Below are positions 51,807 through 61,459 of a stretch of DNA of 64,000 nt, in pieces. Positions within the stretch are counted from its first letter, which is position 1. Each line of letters opens with the position of its first letter. The DNA is taken from contig CAWJCS010000005.1 in the NCBI GenBank assembly GCA_963841435.1, positions 192,001-256,000 of the forward strand, in the 5' to 3' direction. Below the pieces are notes generated by a model. The model did no database searches and was not told the DNA's origin. It saw only the letters and a list, made by a program, of their open reading frames with translations. The position numbers were made by a program, and so were the translations under genes. The DNA comes from an uncultured delta proteobacterium (lineage in GTDB: Bacteria > Myxococcota_A > Polyangia > Polyangiales > Polyangiaceae).

Positions 51807-53378
51807 TTGAGCCAGACCACGACGAAAGCACAGAGGGCACGCGTGCTGCTCGCGGCGACGCTCGGTTCGAGCCTTGCGTTCATGGATGGCTCGATCGTCA
51901 ATGTGGCGCTGCCCGCGCTGCAGAAGAGCCTCGGGGCGAGCGTCGTGGGCGTGCAGTGGGTCGTCGAGGCCTACGCGCTGTCGCTCTCGGCGCTGCTGCT
52001 CGTGGGGGGAGTGCTCGGGGATATTTTCGGGCGACGCGCGATGTTCGCCGTCGGCCTGATCGTGTTCACGGGGTCGTCGGCCTGGTGCGGGTTTTCGACC
52101 AGCATCACCTCGCTCATCCTCGCGCGCGGGCTGCAGGGCGTGGGCGGGGCGCTGCTCACGCCGGGCAGCCTCACGCTCATCACCGCCTCGTTTCCGGAGG
52201 ACGAGCGGGGAAAGGCGATCGGCACCTGGTCGGGCATGAGCGGCATCGCCGCCGCCATCGGGCCCGTGATCGGCGGGTTTTTCATCGACCGGTTGTCGTG
52301 GCGCTGGGCCTTCTTCATCAATCTGCCGCTCGCGGCGCTGGCGCTCTTCGTGCTCTTCACGGGCGTCCCCGAAAGCCGCGACGCCTCGCGTTCCCGCAAG
52401 ATCGACCTCGCCGGAGCGTTGCTCGGCACGCTCGGCTTGCTCGGCCTCGTTTATGGTCTGCTCGAGTCGTCTCGTCGGGGCTTCGGTGACTCCCTCGTCG
52501 TCGCGTCGCTTTTGCTCGGCGTGCTGACGCTCGCGGCGTTCGTCGCGGCGGAGGCGCGCGTCCGAGAGCCCATGGTGTCCCTCGCCCTGTTTCGCTCGAG
52601 AGCCTTCAGCGGCGCGAACCTGCTCACGCTGTTCTTGTACGGCGCGCTCGGCGGCGTGCTCTTCTTCATCCCGCTCAACCTGATCCAGGTTCAGGGCTAC
52701 TCGGCGACGGCGGCCGGTGCGGCGTTCGTGCCGTTCGTCATGATCGTCTTTTTGCTGTCGCGCTGGGCGGGCGGGCTCGTTGACCGGCATGGGTCGCGGG
52801 GACCGCTCGTCGTCGGGCCCTCGATCGCGGCGGCGGGCTTCGCGCTGCTCGCTTTTCCTGGCGTCGGGGGCTCGTATTTCGTGACCTTCCTGCCGGGTAT
52901 CGTCGTGCTGAGCCTCGGCATGGCCATGACGATCGCTCCGCTCACGACGACCGTGATGGGTGCCGTGGCCGACGAGCACGCGGGCGTGGCCTCGGGCGTC
53001 AACAATGCCGTGTCGCGGGCAGCGGGGCTCGTCGCCGTCGCCGCGCTCGGCATCGTGATGTTTCGCGTCTTCGCGAGCTCGCTCGACGACGCGCTCGCCG
53101 CCCTGAAACCGCCCGACGCGATCCGGCGCGCCATGCTGGAGCATCGCATCGAGCTCGCGGCGATGGAGCTTCCCGCGGGCGCCGACCCGTCGCTCCGCGC
53201 GGCGCTCGACCGGGCCGTGCGAAACGCTTTCGTTGACGGTTTTCGCGTGGTCGTGCTGATCGGTGCCGCGCTTTCGTTGCTCAGCGCCGGCTGCGCGGCG
53301 ATCTTCTTCGAGCCCAAGCGGCGCGCGGGTGGCGGCCCCGCGAGACCGCTCGTCGAGACGGGCCGCGCCACGGGCTAG
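51807..53378 (+). CDS. MFS transporter (DHA2-type, 14 TM)
   Basis: DGSIVNVALP, GGVLGDIFGRR, ARGLQGVG, SWRWAFFINLP, ASGVNNAVSR; start uncertain. Confidence 0.9.
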   Translation: MSQTTTKAQRARVLLAATLGSSLAFMDGSIVNVALPALQKSLGASVVGVQWVVEAYALSLSALLLVGGVLGDIFGRRAMFAVGLIVFTGSSAWCGFSTSITSLILARGLQGVGGALLTPGSLTLITASFPEDERGKAIGTWSGMSGIAAAIGPVIGGFFIDRLSWRWAFFINLPLAALALFVLFTGVPESRDASRSRKIDLAGALLGTLGLLGLVYGLLESSRRGFGDSLVVASLLLGVLTLAAFVAAEARVREPMVSLALFRSRAFSGANLLTLFLYGALGGVLFFIPLNLIQVQGYSATAAGAAFVPFVMIVFLLSRWAGGLVDRHGSRGPLVVGPSIAAAGFALLAFPGVGGSYFVTFLPGIVVLSLGMAMTIAPLTTTVMGAVADEHAGVASGVNNAVSRAAGLVAVAALGIVMFRVFASSLDDALAALKPPDAIRRAMLEHRIELAAMELPAGADPSLRAALDRAVRNAFVDGFRVVVLIGAALSLLSAGCAAIFFEPKRRAGGGPARPLVETGRATG

Positions 53379-53403
53379 TGTCGAGCCGAAAGCGAGGAGA
53401 GTC

Positions 53404-54750
53404 ATGAAGACGTTCGACTTGATCGTGTTGGGGACGGGCGCCGCAGCGAGCGGTGTGGCCCGCGACTGCCGCGCAGCCGGCATGAGCGTCGCCATCGTGG
53501 ATGCTCGACCGTACGGCGGCACCTGCGCGCTGCGCGGTTGCGATCCGAAGAAGGTGCTCGTCGGGGCGGCGGAGGCGCTCGGCTTCGCGCGGCGCATGGC
53601 CGTCGCCGGCGTCAGGACCCCGGGCGCCACGCTCGACTGGCCCACGCTCCACCGCTTCAAGCAGACGTTCGTCGATTCGACTTCCGAGCACATGGAAGCC
53701 GGCTTTCGCGAGGCCGGCATCGTCACGCTGCACGGTCGCGCGCGCTTCACGGGGCCGCACACGGTGCGTGTCGGCGACGAGGAGCTCGAGGGCCGGCAGA
53801 TCCACCTCGCCGTCGGCGCCGTGCCGAGAAGGCTCGGTATCGTGGGCGAGGAGCTCTTGATGACGAGCGACGGATTCCTCGACCTCGAGGAGCTGCCGAA
53901 GCGCATCGTGTTTCTCGGCGGGGGCTACATTGCGTTCGAGTTCGCGCACCTCTCGGCCGTGGCGGGTGCCGAGGTCACCGTGCTCGACCGCAACGAGCGG
54001 CCCCTCACGCTCTTCGACCCGGATCTCGTCGATTTGTTGGTCGAGCACACGCGGGCCGTCGGCATCCGGCTGGAGGCGAAAAACCAGGTGCTCGGCGTCG
54101 AGCGGAGCGAAAAGGGCTTCGTCGTGCGCGCCTCGGGGCCCGGCGGCGAGCAGCGCTACGAGGCGGACTTGGTGGTGCACGCCGCGGGGCGTGTTCCGGA
54201 CCTCGACGATCTCGACCTCGCGGCCGGCAACATCGAGCGCGTCGCGCGCGGTGTCAGCGTCAACGAGTTCTTGCAGAGCGTGTCGAATCCCGCCGTGTAC
54301 TCGGCCGGCGACTGCGCGGCGAGCGGGCCGCCGCTGACGCCCGTCGCTGGCTTCGAGAGCCGCGTCGTCACGGCGAACCTCTTGAAGGCCGGGAGCCGGA
54401 AGGTCGAGTACCCACCGGTGCCGGGCGTCGTGTTCACGATGCCACCGCTTGCCTCTGTGGGCCTCGGCGAGGCGGAGGCCAAGCGCCGCGGCCTCTCGAT
54501 CAGCACCCATTTCGCGCGCACCGAGGGCTGGTACTCGTCGCGACGCGTGAACGAGGGCGTCACGGGCTACAAAATCGTGCTCGAACAGGGGTCGGGGAAA
54601 ATCCTCGGTGCGCACCTGTTCGGCTGGCACGCCGAGGAGGTCATGAACGTCTTCGCGCTCGCGGTGCGCCAGGGCCTAACGGCCGACTACCTGAAGCAGT
54701 CGATCTGGACGTACCCGACGGCGACGTCCGACATCGCCTACATGCTGTGA
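53404..54750 (+). CDS. Class I pyridine nucleotide-disulfide oxidoreductase (glutathione reductase-like)
   Basis: GTG.AA, GGTCALRGCDPKK, GGGYIAFE, AGD, YPT. Confidence 0.88.
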   Translation: MKTFDLIVLGTGAAASGVARDCRAAGMSVAIVDARPYGGTCALRGCDPKKVLVGAAEALGFARRMAVAGVRTPGATLDWPTLHRFKQTFVDSTSEHMEAGFREAGIVTLHGRARFTGPHTVRVGDEELEGRQIHLAVGAVPRRLGIVGEELLMTSDGFLDLEELPKRIVFLGGGYIAFEFAHLSAVAGAEVTVLDRNERPLTLFDPDLVDLLVEHTRAVGIRLEAKNQVLGVERSEKGFVVRASGPGGEQRYEADLVVHAAGRVPDLDDLDLAAGNIERVARGVSVNEFLQSVSNPAVYSAGDCAASGPPLTPVAGFESRVVTANLLKAGSRKVEYPPVPGVVFTMPPLASVGLGEAEAKRRGLSISTHFARTEGWYSSRRVNEGVTGYKIVLEQGSGKILGAHLFGWHAEEVMNVFALAVRQGLTADYLKQSIWTYPTATSDIAYML

Positions 54751-54789
54751 TCCCTGCCCCGCTGGGCACGGCGCCCGCGCGCAAGAGCT

Positions 54790-55752
54790 TCAGCGCGCGA
54801 CCAGGAGTTGCTCGCTGAAACGCTGGGCGGAATCGGTGAAAACGCGCTCGACCTCGAAGCCGCTCGCGTGCGCGAGGTTTCGGAACTGGTCGAGATCATA
54901 CTTGTAGCAATGCTCGGTCACGATGTGCTCGCCGGGCTCGAAGCGAACGAGCGTGGTGTCAACGAGCACGCTCTGGCGGCGCTGGCTCACGAGGTGCATC
55001 TCGATGCGGCCCGCGCGCTCGTTCCAGACGGCGCGGTGACCGAACGATTCCAGCTGAAAGTGAGCGGCGTGATCGCGATTGAGAACGCCCAGCATGTTCA
55101 GGTTGAACGCCGCCGTGACGCCCTCGCGGTCGTCATAGGCGGCTTCGAGCACCTTTGGGTCCTTCTTCAAGTCGACACCGATGACGAGCTTGCCGCCCTG
55201 GCCGACGTTGTCGTGGACGCGACGCAAGAACTCGACGGCGGCGTCGGGCTCGAAATTTCCGATGGTGGAGCCGGGAAAGAACGCGGCCACGGGGGGGGTG
55301 TGAGCCACGGCCGGGAGATCGAGCGGGGCGGTATAGTCGGCGCAGACCGGGCGCACCGTGAGCGCCGGGTAAGCGGCGGAAAGCGCCATCGAGCTCGCGA
55401 GCAAGGCGGACTCGGAGATGTCGATGGGGACGTAGGCGCGGGGCGCCTCGAGCGCGTCGAGCAAGAGGCGGGTCTTGATGGAGGCGCCGCTGCCGAACTC
55501 GATGAGGGTTACGCCCGTGCCGAGCGCCCCCGCCATCTCCTCGGCGTGGGCTTCGAGAATGCCGAGCTCGGTGCGCGTCGGGTAATATTCCTCGAGCTCG
55601 CAGATGCGCTCGAAGAGCTCGGAGCCGCGCGCATCGTAAAAGAGCTTGCAGGGTAGCGCTTTTTGCCGCCGGCCGAGGCCGCGCAAGATCTCGAGGCGAA
55701 GCGTGTCTTGCTCCTTCACGCGCAGGCGGGCCGGCGAGGACGTGCCGTTCAC
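54790..55752 (-). CDS. egtD: L-histidine N-alpha-methyltransferase
   Basis: KLFYDARGSELFERICELEEYYPTRTE, EFGSG, FPGSTIGNF, AYDD..GVTAAFNLN, RIEMHL; GTG start overlaps the egtB stop. Confidence 0.93.
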   Translation of the reverse strand: MNGTSSPARLRVKEQDTLRLEILRGLGRRQKALPCKLFYDARGSELFERICELEEYYPTRTELGILEAHAEEMAGALGTGVTLIEFGSGASIKTRLLLDALEAPRAYVPIDISESALLASSMALSAAYPALTVRPVCADYTAPLDLPAVAHTPPVAAFFPGSTIGNFEPDAAVEFLRRVHDNVGQGGKLVIGVDLKKDPKVLEAAYDDREGVTAAFNLNMLGVLNRDHAAHFQLESFGHRAVWNERAGRIEMHLVSQRRQSVLVDTTLVRFEPGEHIVTEHCYKYDLDQFRNLAHASGFEVERVFTDSAQRFSEQLLVAR

Positions 55753-57011
55753 GGCGACCTCGCGAGGCGGATGCCGCTGAACTGCCAGCGTGCGTCCGGT
55801 GGGAAGAAGTTCCGATACGTCGCGCGCAGATGCCCCGCGGGGCTTGCGCACGAGCCTCCTCTCAACACCATCTGATTGGACATGAATTTGCCGTTGTACT
55901 CGCCGACTGCCCCCGCCGCCGGGCGAAAGCCCGGGTACGGAAGATAGGCACTTGCCGTCCATTCCCAAACGTCACCGAAGACCTGGAGCAGCGGGGCTCC
56001 CGCCGCAACTGCCCCGCGCGGGTGAAGCGCCCCGCTCTCGACGAAATTTCCGTTCATGCTCACGCCACGCGCGGCATGCTCCCACTCGGCCTCCGTCGGC
56101 AGACGCGCTCCGGCCCAGCGGGCGTACGCATCCGCCTCGTAAAAGCTCACGTGGCACACTGGCTCCCCGGCCGCAACGGACCGCAGGCCGGAGAGCGTGA
56201 ACAGCTCGGGCTCGGCGCCGCCCTCACCCCGAAGGTAGAGGGGCGCCGCCCAGCGCCGTTCGCCGACGACGCGGGCGCCGTCGGAAAGCCAGAGCTCGGG
56301 GCGGCGGTACCCGCCGTCGCGAATGAACTCGAGGTACTCGCCGTTGGTCACGAGGCGCGTCGCGAGCGCATACGGCTCGAGAAACACGCGATGACGCGGC
56401 AGCTCGTTGTCGAAAGCGAAGCCGTCCCCCGCGTGGCCGAGCTCCACGACACCGCCCGCGAACGCCTCGAAACCGAGCGCGGGCGCCGGGCGACGCGGCT
56501 CGGCGGGCGCCTCCCGGTACACGGGATAGAGCGGGTTCTTGCCGAACAGGTGCTTCACGTCCGTCAGCAACAGCTCCTGATGCTGCGCTTCGTGCTCGAG
56601 CCCGAGCTCGAGCAGCGTCGAAAGCTCCCCCAGATCCTCGCGCCGCGCCTCGATGAGCTCGACCACGCGCTCGGTCACGTGCGCACGATAGCGGAGCACG
56701 TCCGCAAGGCTCGGACGCGTCATGAGCCCGCGCTCGGCCCGCGGGTGACGCTCGCCGAGCGCTTCGTAGTACGAGTTGAACAGGTAGCCGTATTGGGGGT
56801 GGAACGGCACGTAGCCGGGCAGCCGGGCGAGGATGAACGTTTCGAAGAACCAGGTCGTGTGCGCGAGGTGCCACTTGGCCGGGCTCGCGTCCGGCATCGA
56901 TTGCACGACGGCGTCCTCGGGCGACAGCGGCTCGGCGAGGGACTCGGTCGCGCGTCGCACGCCCGAGAATCGCGTTGAAAAGCCGGGCGTGGGTTCCATC
57001 GAGCGCGCCAT
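55749..57011 (-). CDS. egtB: Ergothioneine sulfoxide synthase
   Basis: QSMPDASPAKWHLAHTTWFFE, FNSYY, HEAQHQE, RLPTEAEWE, GEYNGKFM, YRNFF. Confidence 0.93.
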   Translation of the reverse strand: MARSMEPTPGFSTRFSGVRRATESLAEPLSPEDAVVQSMPDASPAKWHLAHTTWFFETFILARLPGYVPFHPQYGYLFNSYYEALGERHPRAERGLMTRPSLADVLRYRAHVTERVVELIEARREDLGELSTLLELGLEHEAQHQELLLTDVKHLFGKNPLYPVYREAPAEPRRPAPALGFEAFAGGVVELGHAGDGFAFDNELPRHRVFLEPYALATRLVTNGEYLEFIRDGGYRRPELWLSDGARVVGERRWAAPLYLRGEGGAEPELFTLSGLRSVAAGEPVCHVSFYEADAYARWAGARLPTEAEWEHAARGVSMNGNFVESGALHPRGAVAAGAPLLQVFGDVWEWTASAYLPYPGFRPAAGAVGEYNGKFMSNQMVLRGGSCASPAGHLRATYRNFFPPDARWQFSGIRLARSP

Positions 57012-57048
57012 GACCCTTTCGCTCGGCCAGAGCCTACACCGGAGCGCG

Positions 57049-57837
57049 TCATCCGCCGAGGGGGCCCGACCAGATGACCCAGGCGTTCCAGGCGCCGTGC
57101 AACAGGATGCCGGGAAACAAGCTGCCGGAGCGCTTTCTCAGCCAGCCGAACGCGAGGCCCATCGCGAAATGCGTGACGAGGATGACGGGGCTCAGGTGCA
57201 CGGCGGAAAACAGCGCCGCCTGGACGATGAGCGCCTCGTTGGGCGAAATGATCTGCGCGAGCTTGGGCTGTATCAACCCGCGAAAGAGCGTCTCCTCCGA
57301 GAGCGGGGTGAGGCCGGCGACGCTCAGGTAGCCGACCCAGCGCGGCCAGCCGTCGTTCAGGTACGGCGTGAGGTACCCCGAATAGAACGTGAACCCGAGG
57401 TGCTCGAGACTCCAGAAGCCGAGCGAAAGCGCGGGCGCGACGACGAGCGCGACGAGCAGCGTCATCACTGCGTCGCGCGCAGCGGGAAGGCGAAAGGCAT
57501 CGGCGACGAGGCGTCGGTTCGAGAGTGCCCCACCGAGGGCGACGGCGGACACGGCGCCCCCGGCGACGAGATCCCCGAGCGCCGAGACGCCCAAAACGCG
57601 CACGCTGATCGCGTACACCACCGAGATCGCCACGGGCAGCACGCAGAGCCAGCCGAGCTCGCGGAGCAGGCGCTTTTCATCGGGGGCCGGCGGCTCGGAA
57701 GCCACGCTGCCGTCGGGGCTGCCCCCTGCCGCGGCGAAAGGCTCGATACCGGCGAGCGGGGCGCCACAATGCCGGCAAAAGCTCGCGTCGCCGCCGATCG
57801 TCTTCTGGCACGAGGGACAGCGGCGCGTGGCCGTCAA
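57049..57837 (-). CDS. CPBP/Abi intramembrane metalloprotease with N-terminal zinc ribbon
   Basis: CPSC…CRHC; EETLFRG, FSAVH, LLHGAWN; TTG start overlaps the upstream stop. Confidence 0.85.
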   Translation of the reverse strand: MTATRRCPSCQKTIGGDASFCRHCGAPLAGIEPFAAAGGSPDGSVASEPPAPDEKRLLRELGWLCVLPVAISVVYAISVRVLGVSALGDLVAGGAVSAVALGGALSNRRLVADAFRLPAARDAVMTLLVALVVAPALSLGFWSLEHLGFTFYSGYLTPYLNDGWPRWVGYLSVAGLTPLSEETLFRGLIQPKLAQIISPNEALIVQAALFSAVHLSPVILVTHFAMGLAFGWLRKRSGSLFPGILLHGAWNAWVIWSGPLGG

Positions 57838-58442
57838 CGCGCCGTCTCGAGCTTGCGTGCCGCGAGCGCCGATTGCACGCCGCGGACGAGCGCGACGATC
57901 ACGATGATCTTCAAGAAGATCCCCTGAACCAGCGTCGTGGGATCGTACAGCCCGCTCGCGACGATCACGGCGACGTAGATGCCGAGCGCGGTGATGATGG
58001 CGGGAACGACGGCGCGCTTCGACCAGATCCACAGACCGCACATGACCGCGGCGAGGAACAGATTGAGCCCGAGCACCTGCCACGGCTCTCGCTCGAGCAG
58101 CACGCGGAGCTCACCGACGGTGGCCACGCCCGCCACGCTCTCCGCGAGCGGCGCCGCATCGCTCGCTCCGCTGAGGTTCGCGAGCGCCTTGTCCGCCTGA
58201 GCCTGGGTCACGAAGAACATCACGACGGCGCTCAGCACGAACAAGATCGAAACCCCAGCGATGGTCACCTGCGCGTTCTTGAGCTGTTTGGTGTGCGCGG
58301 CAAAACCCGAGTGCGAGGCCTCGAGGCGAGCGCGCAACGCGGCTTTCAGCTCGTCCGTCACCTTGGCGCCGCACCCCTCGCAGAACTCGTCGCCGCCTCG
58401 AACCGCCCTCCCGCACGCCCCGCACGGCACCGACACATCCAT
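57834..58442 (-). CDS. Zinc-ribbon membrane protein
   Basis: CGAC…FCEGC followed by about four TM segments. Confidence 0.75.
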   Translation of the reverse strand: MDVSVPCGACGRAVRGGDEFCEGCGAKVTDELKAALRARLEASHSGFAAHTKQLKNAQVTIAGVSILFVLSAVVMFFVTQAQADKALANLSGASDAAPLAESVAGVATVGELRVLLEREPWQVLGLNLFLAAVMCGLWIWSKRAVVPAIITALGIYVAVIVASGLYDPTTLVQGIFLKIIVIVALVRGVQSALAARKLETAR

Positions 58443-58620
58443 GAAAACGAAGCCTACCGCACTTTCGGGCTCGCTCGGCGCCCGACGGCAAGGAGGCCGG
58501 GCGCCGCTTTTCGAGTCGCACGCATCTGCTGGCCGGAACGAGGAGCGCGACGCTGGACCGGCACGGGGAGCTCACGACGACCGTGAGCGCCACCGCGTGG
58601 AGGCCGCGGCCTCGCCCGCC

Positions 58621-59040
58621 TTACCAGGGCTGTCCGGTCCCTGTCTCGACGTACGACTTCAAGCTCGCGACGAAGTGATTCCAACCCTGAGCGACGGGCT
58701 CGGGTGCCGCTTCCTTCCAGCCATCGTGCTCGAAGAGCACTTGCGTCGAGCCGCCAGTCTGCTTGAGACGCCACGTGAGGGTCGTGCCGACCCAGGAAGA
58801 CATGTCGTGCGCGACGCACTGCCAGCGCACGAGCTCGTTCGGCTCGAGCTTTTCGATGCGGTAGCGCATGTTGATGGGGTTGCCGTCCTTGACGAATCGC
58901 AGCGTGGCCTCTCCGCCGACGGCGTCCGGCACCTCGGCGACGGCATTCCACCACCCGCGGTAGCCGGCCTGCGTGCTGAGCGCCGCGTACACCTTGCTCA
59001 CCGCCGCGTGGATCGTGACTTCGTTCTTGATCGAGCTCAT
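58621..59040 (-). CDS. SRPBCC/AHSA1-domain protein
   Basis: VYAALST..GYRGWW, WVGTTLTW, FEHDGW, SLKSYVETGTGQP. Confidence 0.85.
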   Translation of the reverse strand: MSSIKNEVTIHAAVSKVYAALSTQAGYRGWWNAVAEVPDAVGGEATLRFVKDGNPINMRYRIEKLEPNELVRWQCVAHDMSSWVGTTLTWRLKQTGGSTQVLFEHDGWKEAAPEPVAQGWNHFVASLKSYVETGTGQPW

Positions 59041-59492
59041 GGGATGCCTCCTTGTGCGTTGCTTGCCAGAAAACCTTCGAGCTGCCCGAGGCAACCCTGC
59101 CAGCCGCCCTCGTGCTCGCGCCGCAGGGTCTCGTCGGGCGGCAGATCGTGAGTCAAAACGAGCTCCGTCTGCTTGCCGTGGTCCGAAAGCTCCAACGTGA
59201 CGACGCTGTCCTCGACACAGAGATCGGGGCAGCTCCACGTGAAAACGAGCCGCGAAGCGGGGACGACCTCCCGGTATTCGCCGAACTGAAGGTGCGTCTT
59301 GCCCTCGGTGTCGATCATCCGAAGCTCGTAGCGGCCGCCCACACGAACGTCGGCCGTGACACGCGCGGACCAGCCGGCCATCGGATAAAACCAGCGCGCC
59401 ATCAGGTCCGGCCGCGTCCACGCTTCGAAGACGAGCGAGCGCGGTGCATCGAGCACTCGGCGCACGACGACGCCCGGCGCGACGCTCGTCAC
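59037..59492 (-). CDS. SRPBCC/AHSA1-domain protein
   Basis: APRSLVFEAWTRP, DVRVGGRY, RLVFTW, HEGGW. Confidence 0.88.
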   Translation of the reverse strand: MTSVAPGVVVRRVLDAPRSLVFEAWTRPDLMARWFYPMAGWSARVTADVRVGGRYELRMIDTEGKTHLQFGEYREVVPASRLVFTWSCPDLCVEDSVVTLELSDHGKQTELVLTHDLPPDETLRREHEGGWQGCLGQLEGFLASNAQGGIP

Positions 59493-59833
59493 GACGCCCC
59501 CTTGCCCTGCAGCTCGGCCAGCAGGCGCTCGAGCGAATCGAGCTCACGATTCCAGAGGCCCGTGAGCTCCGCGAGCACCTTCGCCGCGTCACGCGGGGGG
59601 GCCGCACCGAGCCGGCAGCGGTACTCGCGGCCCGAGCGCGCCCGCCGGAGCAGCCTCGCCCGCTCGAGCACCTGCACGTGCTTCGAAACGGCCTCGAGCG
59701 ACATGTCGAAGGGGGCCGCAAGCTCCGTCATCGTCCGCTCGCCGCGCGCGACGCGGCGCAGGATGCTGCGCCGCACGGGGTGTGCGAGAGCGCGAAACAC
59801 GCGATCGAGCTCGGCGGGATGATGCTCAACCAT
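59489..59833 (-). CDS. ArsR/SmtB-family transcriptional regulator
   Basis: FRALAHPVRRSIL, ELAAPFDMSLEAVSKHVQVLERARL. Confidence 0.88.
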   Translation of the reverse strand: MVEHHPAELDRVFRALAHPVRRSILRRVARGERTMTELAAPFDMSLEAVSKHVQVLERARLLRRARSGREYRCRLGAAPPRDAAKVLAELTGLWNRELDSLERLLAELQGKGAS

Positions 59834-59884
59834 TCGGTTGAACCTTCTAGCGGCACCGCGGACGACTGTCAACCATTTGGTTGA
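59826..59884. promoter_or_regulatory. Two palindromic ArsR operators
   Basis: TCAACCATTCGGTTGA (59826-59841, over the start codon) and TCAACCATTTGGTTGA (59869-59884). Confidence 0.75.
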
Positions 59885-59929
59885 ACGTTTTTGGTGGGGG
59901 TCGGCGACCGCCGTGCGGCGGCGCGACGA

Positions 59930-60740
59930 CACGGTGCCGCCCCGTTCCACCGCCCGTGCTCGTCGAAGGTCCCGTCGACGCCGACTTAGACGCTGTGTTC
60001 CAGCTCACGCTGCGAGACACCGTGGTCGAGGTGACGCCGCGGCTCGAAGCCCTCGTCGACGAGCGCTTTCCGGACCCTCGCGTGGCCGCCGAAACACTGC
60101 GTTCCACGCGCGACTCGGAAGCCGAGAGCGACGGGCTGCGCCTGCGCCGCGCGTCGCTCGGCGTCGACCTGGCGAGTGGGCAACGCGTCACCGCGCGCCT
60201 CGAGCTCGATGCCGCGAGGCTCCTGTACGAGGAGGAGCTTTACGAGACCGTGCGCGAAGCGTACGCGGAGCTCGCGCTCGGTGCGGCGGCGGCGCTGCGT
60301 GTCGGGGCTTTCGACGTGCCCTTCTCGCTGCTCGATCGGGCAAACAATCCGAGCTTTGAGTTTGCCGATTCGCCGCGCGTGCACGGTCTCGTCGATCACT
60401 TGCGCTTCGCCGGGCGTCAGGTCGGGGCGGGTGCGGTTATCGCGCCCCTCGAGGAGCGGGACCGATTCGAGCTGCAAGTCGGCTTTCGAGGAGCTCCGCT
60501 TCCGCTACCGCGAGCACGAGCGTGGCGTTGCCTACTCCCTCGCGAGCGAGGTCGAGCTGACGCAGCTGGTCACCCGGGTCGAATGGCTCTCGGGTGATCG
60601 CACCGACAACGACGTTGCCGCTCCGGCCCTCCTGCGACGCGGCGACGCTCGGAGCTTTCGCGGGCTGTGGGGCATACGTCATCCGCCGCTACGCAGCCGA
60701 CTCGACGAGCGGCCTCGTCAACCTGCAGATCGAGCTCTGA
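59930..60740 (+). pseudogene. Degenerate porin-like (OprO/OprP-style) gene remnant
   Basis: GLRLRRASLGV…VREAYAEL…LRVGAFDVPFS.LD resemble porin strands; no clear start and the frame is broken near 60490. Confidence 0.4.
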
Positions 60741-60805
60741 CGAACGCCATGAGCGTCCGAGGGTCCCCCTCCGCCTCTCTTCGGGCTTGCCGACTCGCTC
60801 GCGCC

Positions 60806-61246
60806 ATGTTTGGCTCGTGTCGCTTGCGGATTCGAGCGAATCGAGCACCGATTGGCGCGGCTGGCTTCGCCGCAAGGGTGGCGAGCGCCCTGTTTTCGTG
60901 GCTGATCACGACGGCGCACGTCGCGGCCGTGCTGCATTTCGCGCTGGTCGCTCACCACGTTTGCCCGGAGCACGGTGAGCTCGTTCACGACGACGCGATC
61001 CACAGCGCTCCCTCTGCGCGCCACTCGAGCAAGCCGACGGCTACGTCCGGCGCTCCCGAGCCGGGGCACGAGCATTGCTCTCTCGTAGCGCGGCCGCGCG
61101 AGCAGGCGGCGCCCGCCGGGGCCGCGCGCGTCGAGCTCGCTGCCAATCCCCCTGCGATCACTCTCGCCGTCGCTTTTCGCGCCCCCGGGCGGACCGGGCC
61201 TGATCTGCTCTTGATCGCGCCGAAGTGCTCGCCCCCCGTCGCGTGA
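60806..61246 (+). CDS. His/Cys-rich small protein upstream of the TonB receptor (DUF2946-like leader)
   Basis: Hydrophobic segment, HHVCPEHGELVH, HEHC, C-terminal LLLIAPKCSPP; start uncertain (60749, 60806 or 60878). Confidence 0.65.
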   Translation: MFGSCRLRIRANRAPIGAAGFAARVASALFSWLITTAHVAAVLHFALVAHHVCPEHGELVHDDAIHSAPSARHSSKPTATSGAPEPGHEHCSLVARPREQAAPAGAARVELAANPPAITLAVAFRAPGRTGPDLLLIAPKCSPPVA

Positions 61247-61459
61247 CGCTCTGCTCGTTGCCCGTCGTCTGACGCTCGGCAACGTCGACCATCACCTGCT
61301 CGCTCCTCCGATCCGCGCTTAGCGCGCGCCTCAGCTCGAGAGCGACGCCATTTCCTTGCCCCCACCGCGCCAGCGGCCGCGCCCGACCGGCGCACCGTGA
61401 AGGCGCCCTGCCCCCGTCGCCGCGTCGGCGTCTGCGCCGCCGCGCTCGACCGCCGTCCC

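Noticed and set aside
53404-54750. Mercuric reductase merA
   Set aside because: It lacks the C-terminal Cys-Cys pair and the N-terminal HMA domain, and no mer genes are nearby.
55749-57011. Selenoneine synthase senA
   Set aside because: No senB or senC/selD neighbours; the plain egtB-egtD layout fits ergothioneine.
59489-59833. ArsR as the arsenic regulator of arsM
   Set aside because: It is 18 kb away, lacks As-binding Cys motifs, and sits in an SRPBCC operon with its own operators.
61247-61459. Cobalamin riboswitch before the TonB receptor
   Set aside because: No recognisable B12-box or GGGAA core elements by eye; an Rfam scan would settle it.
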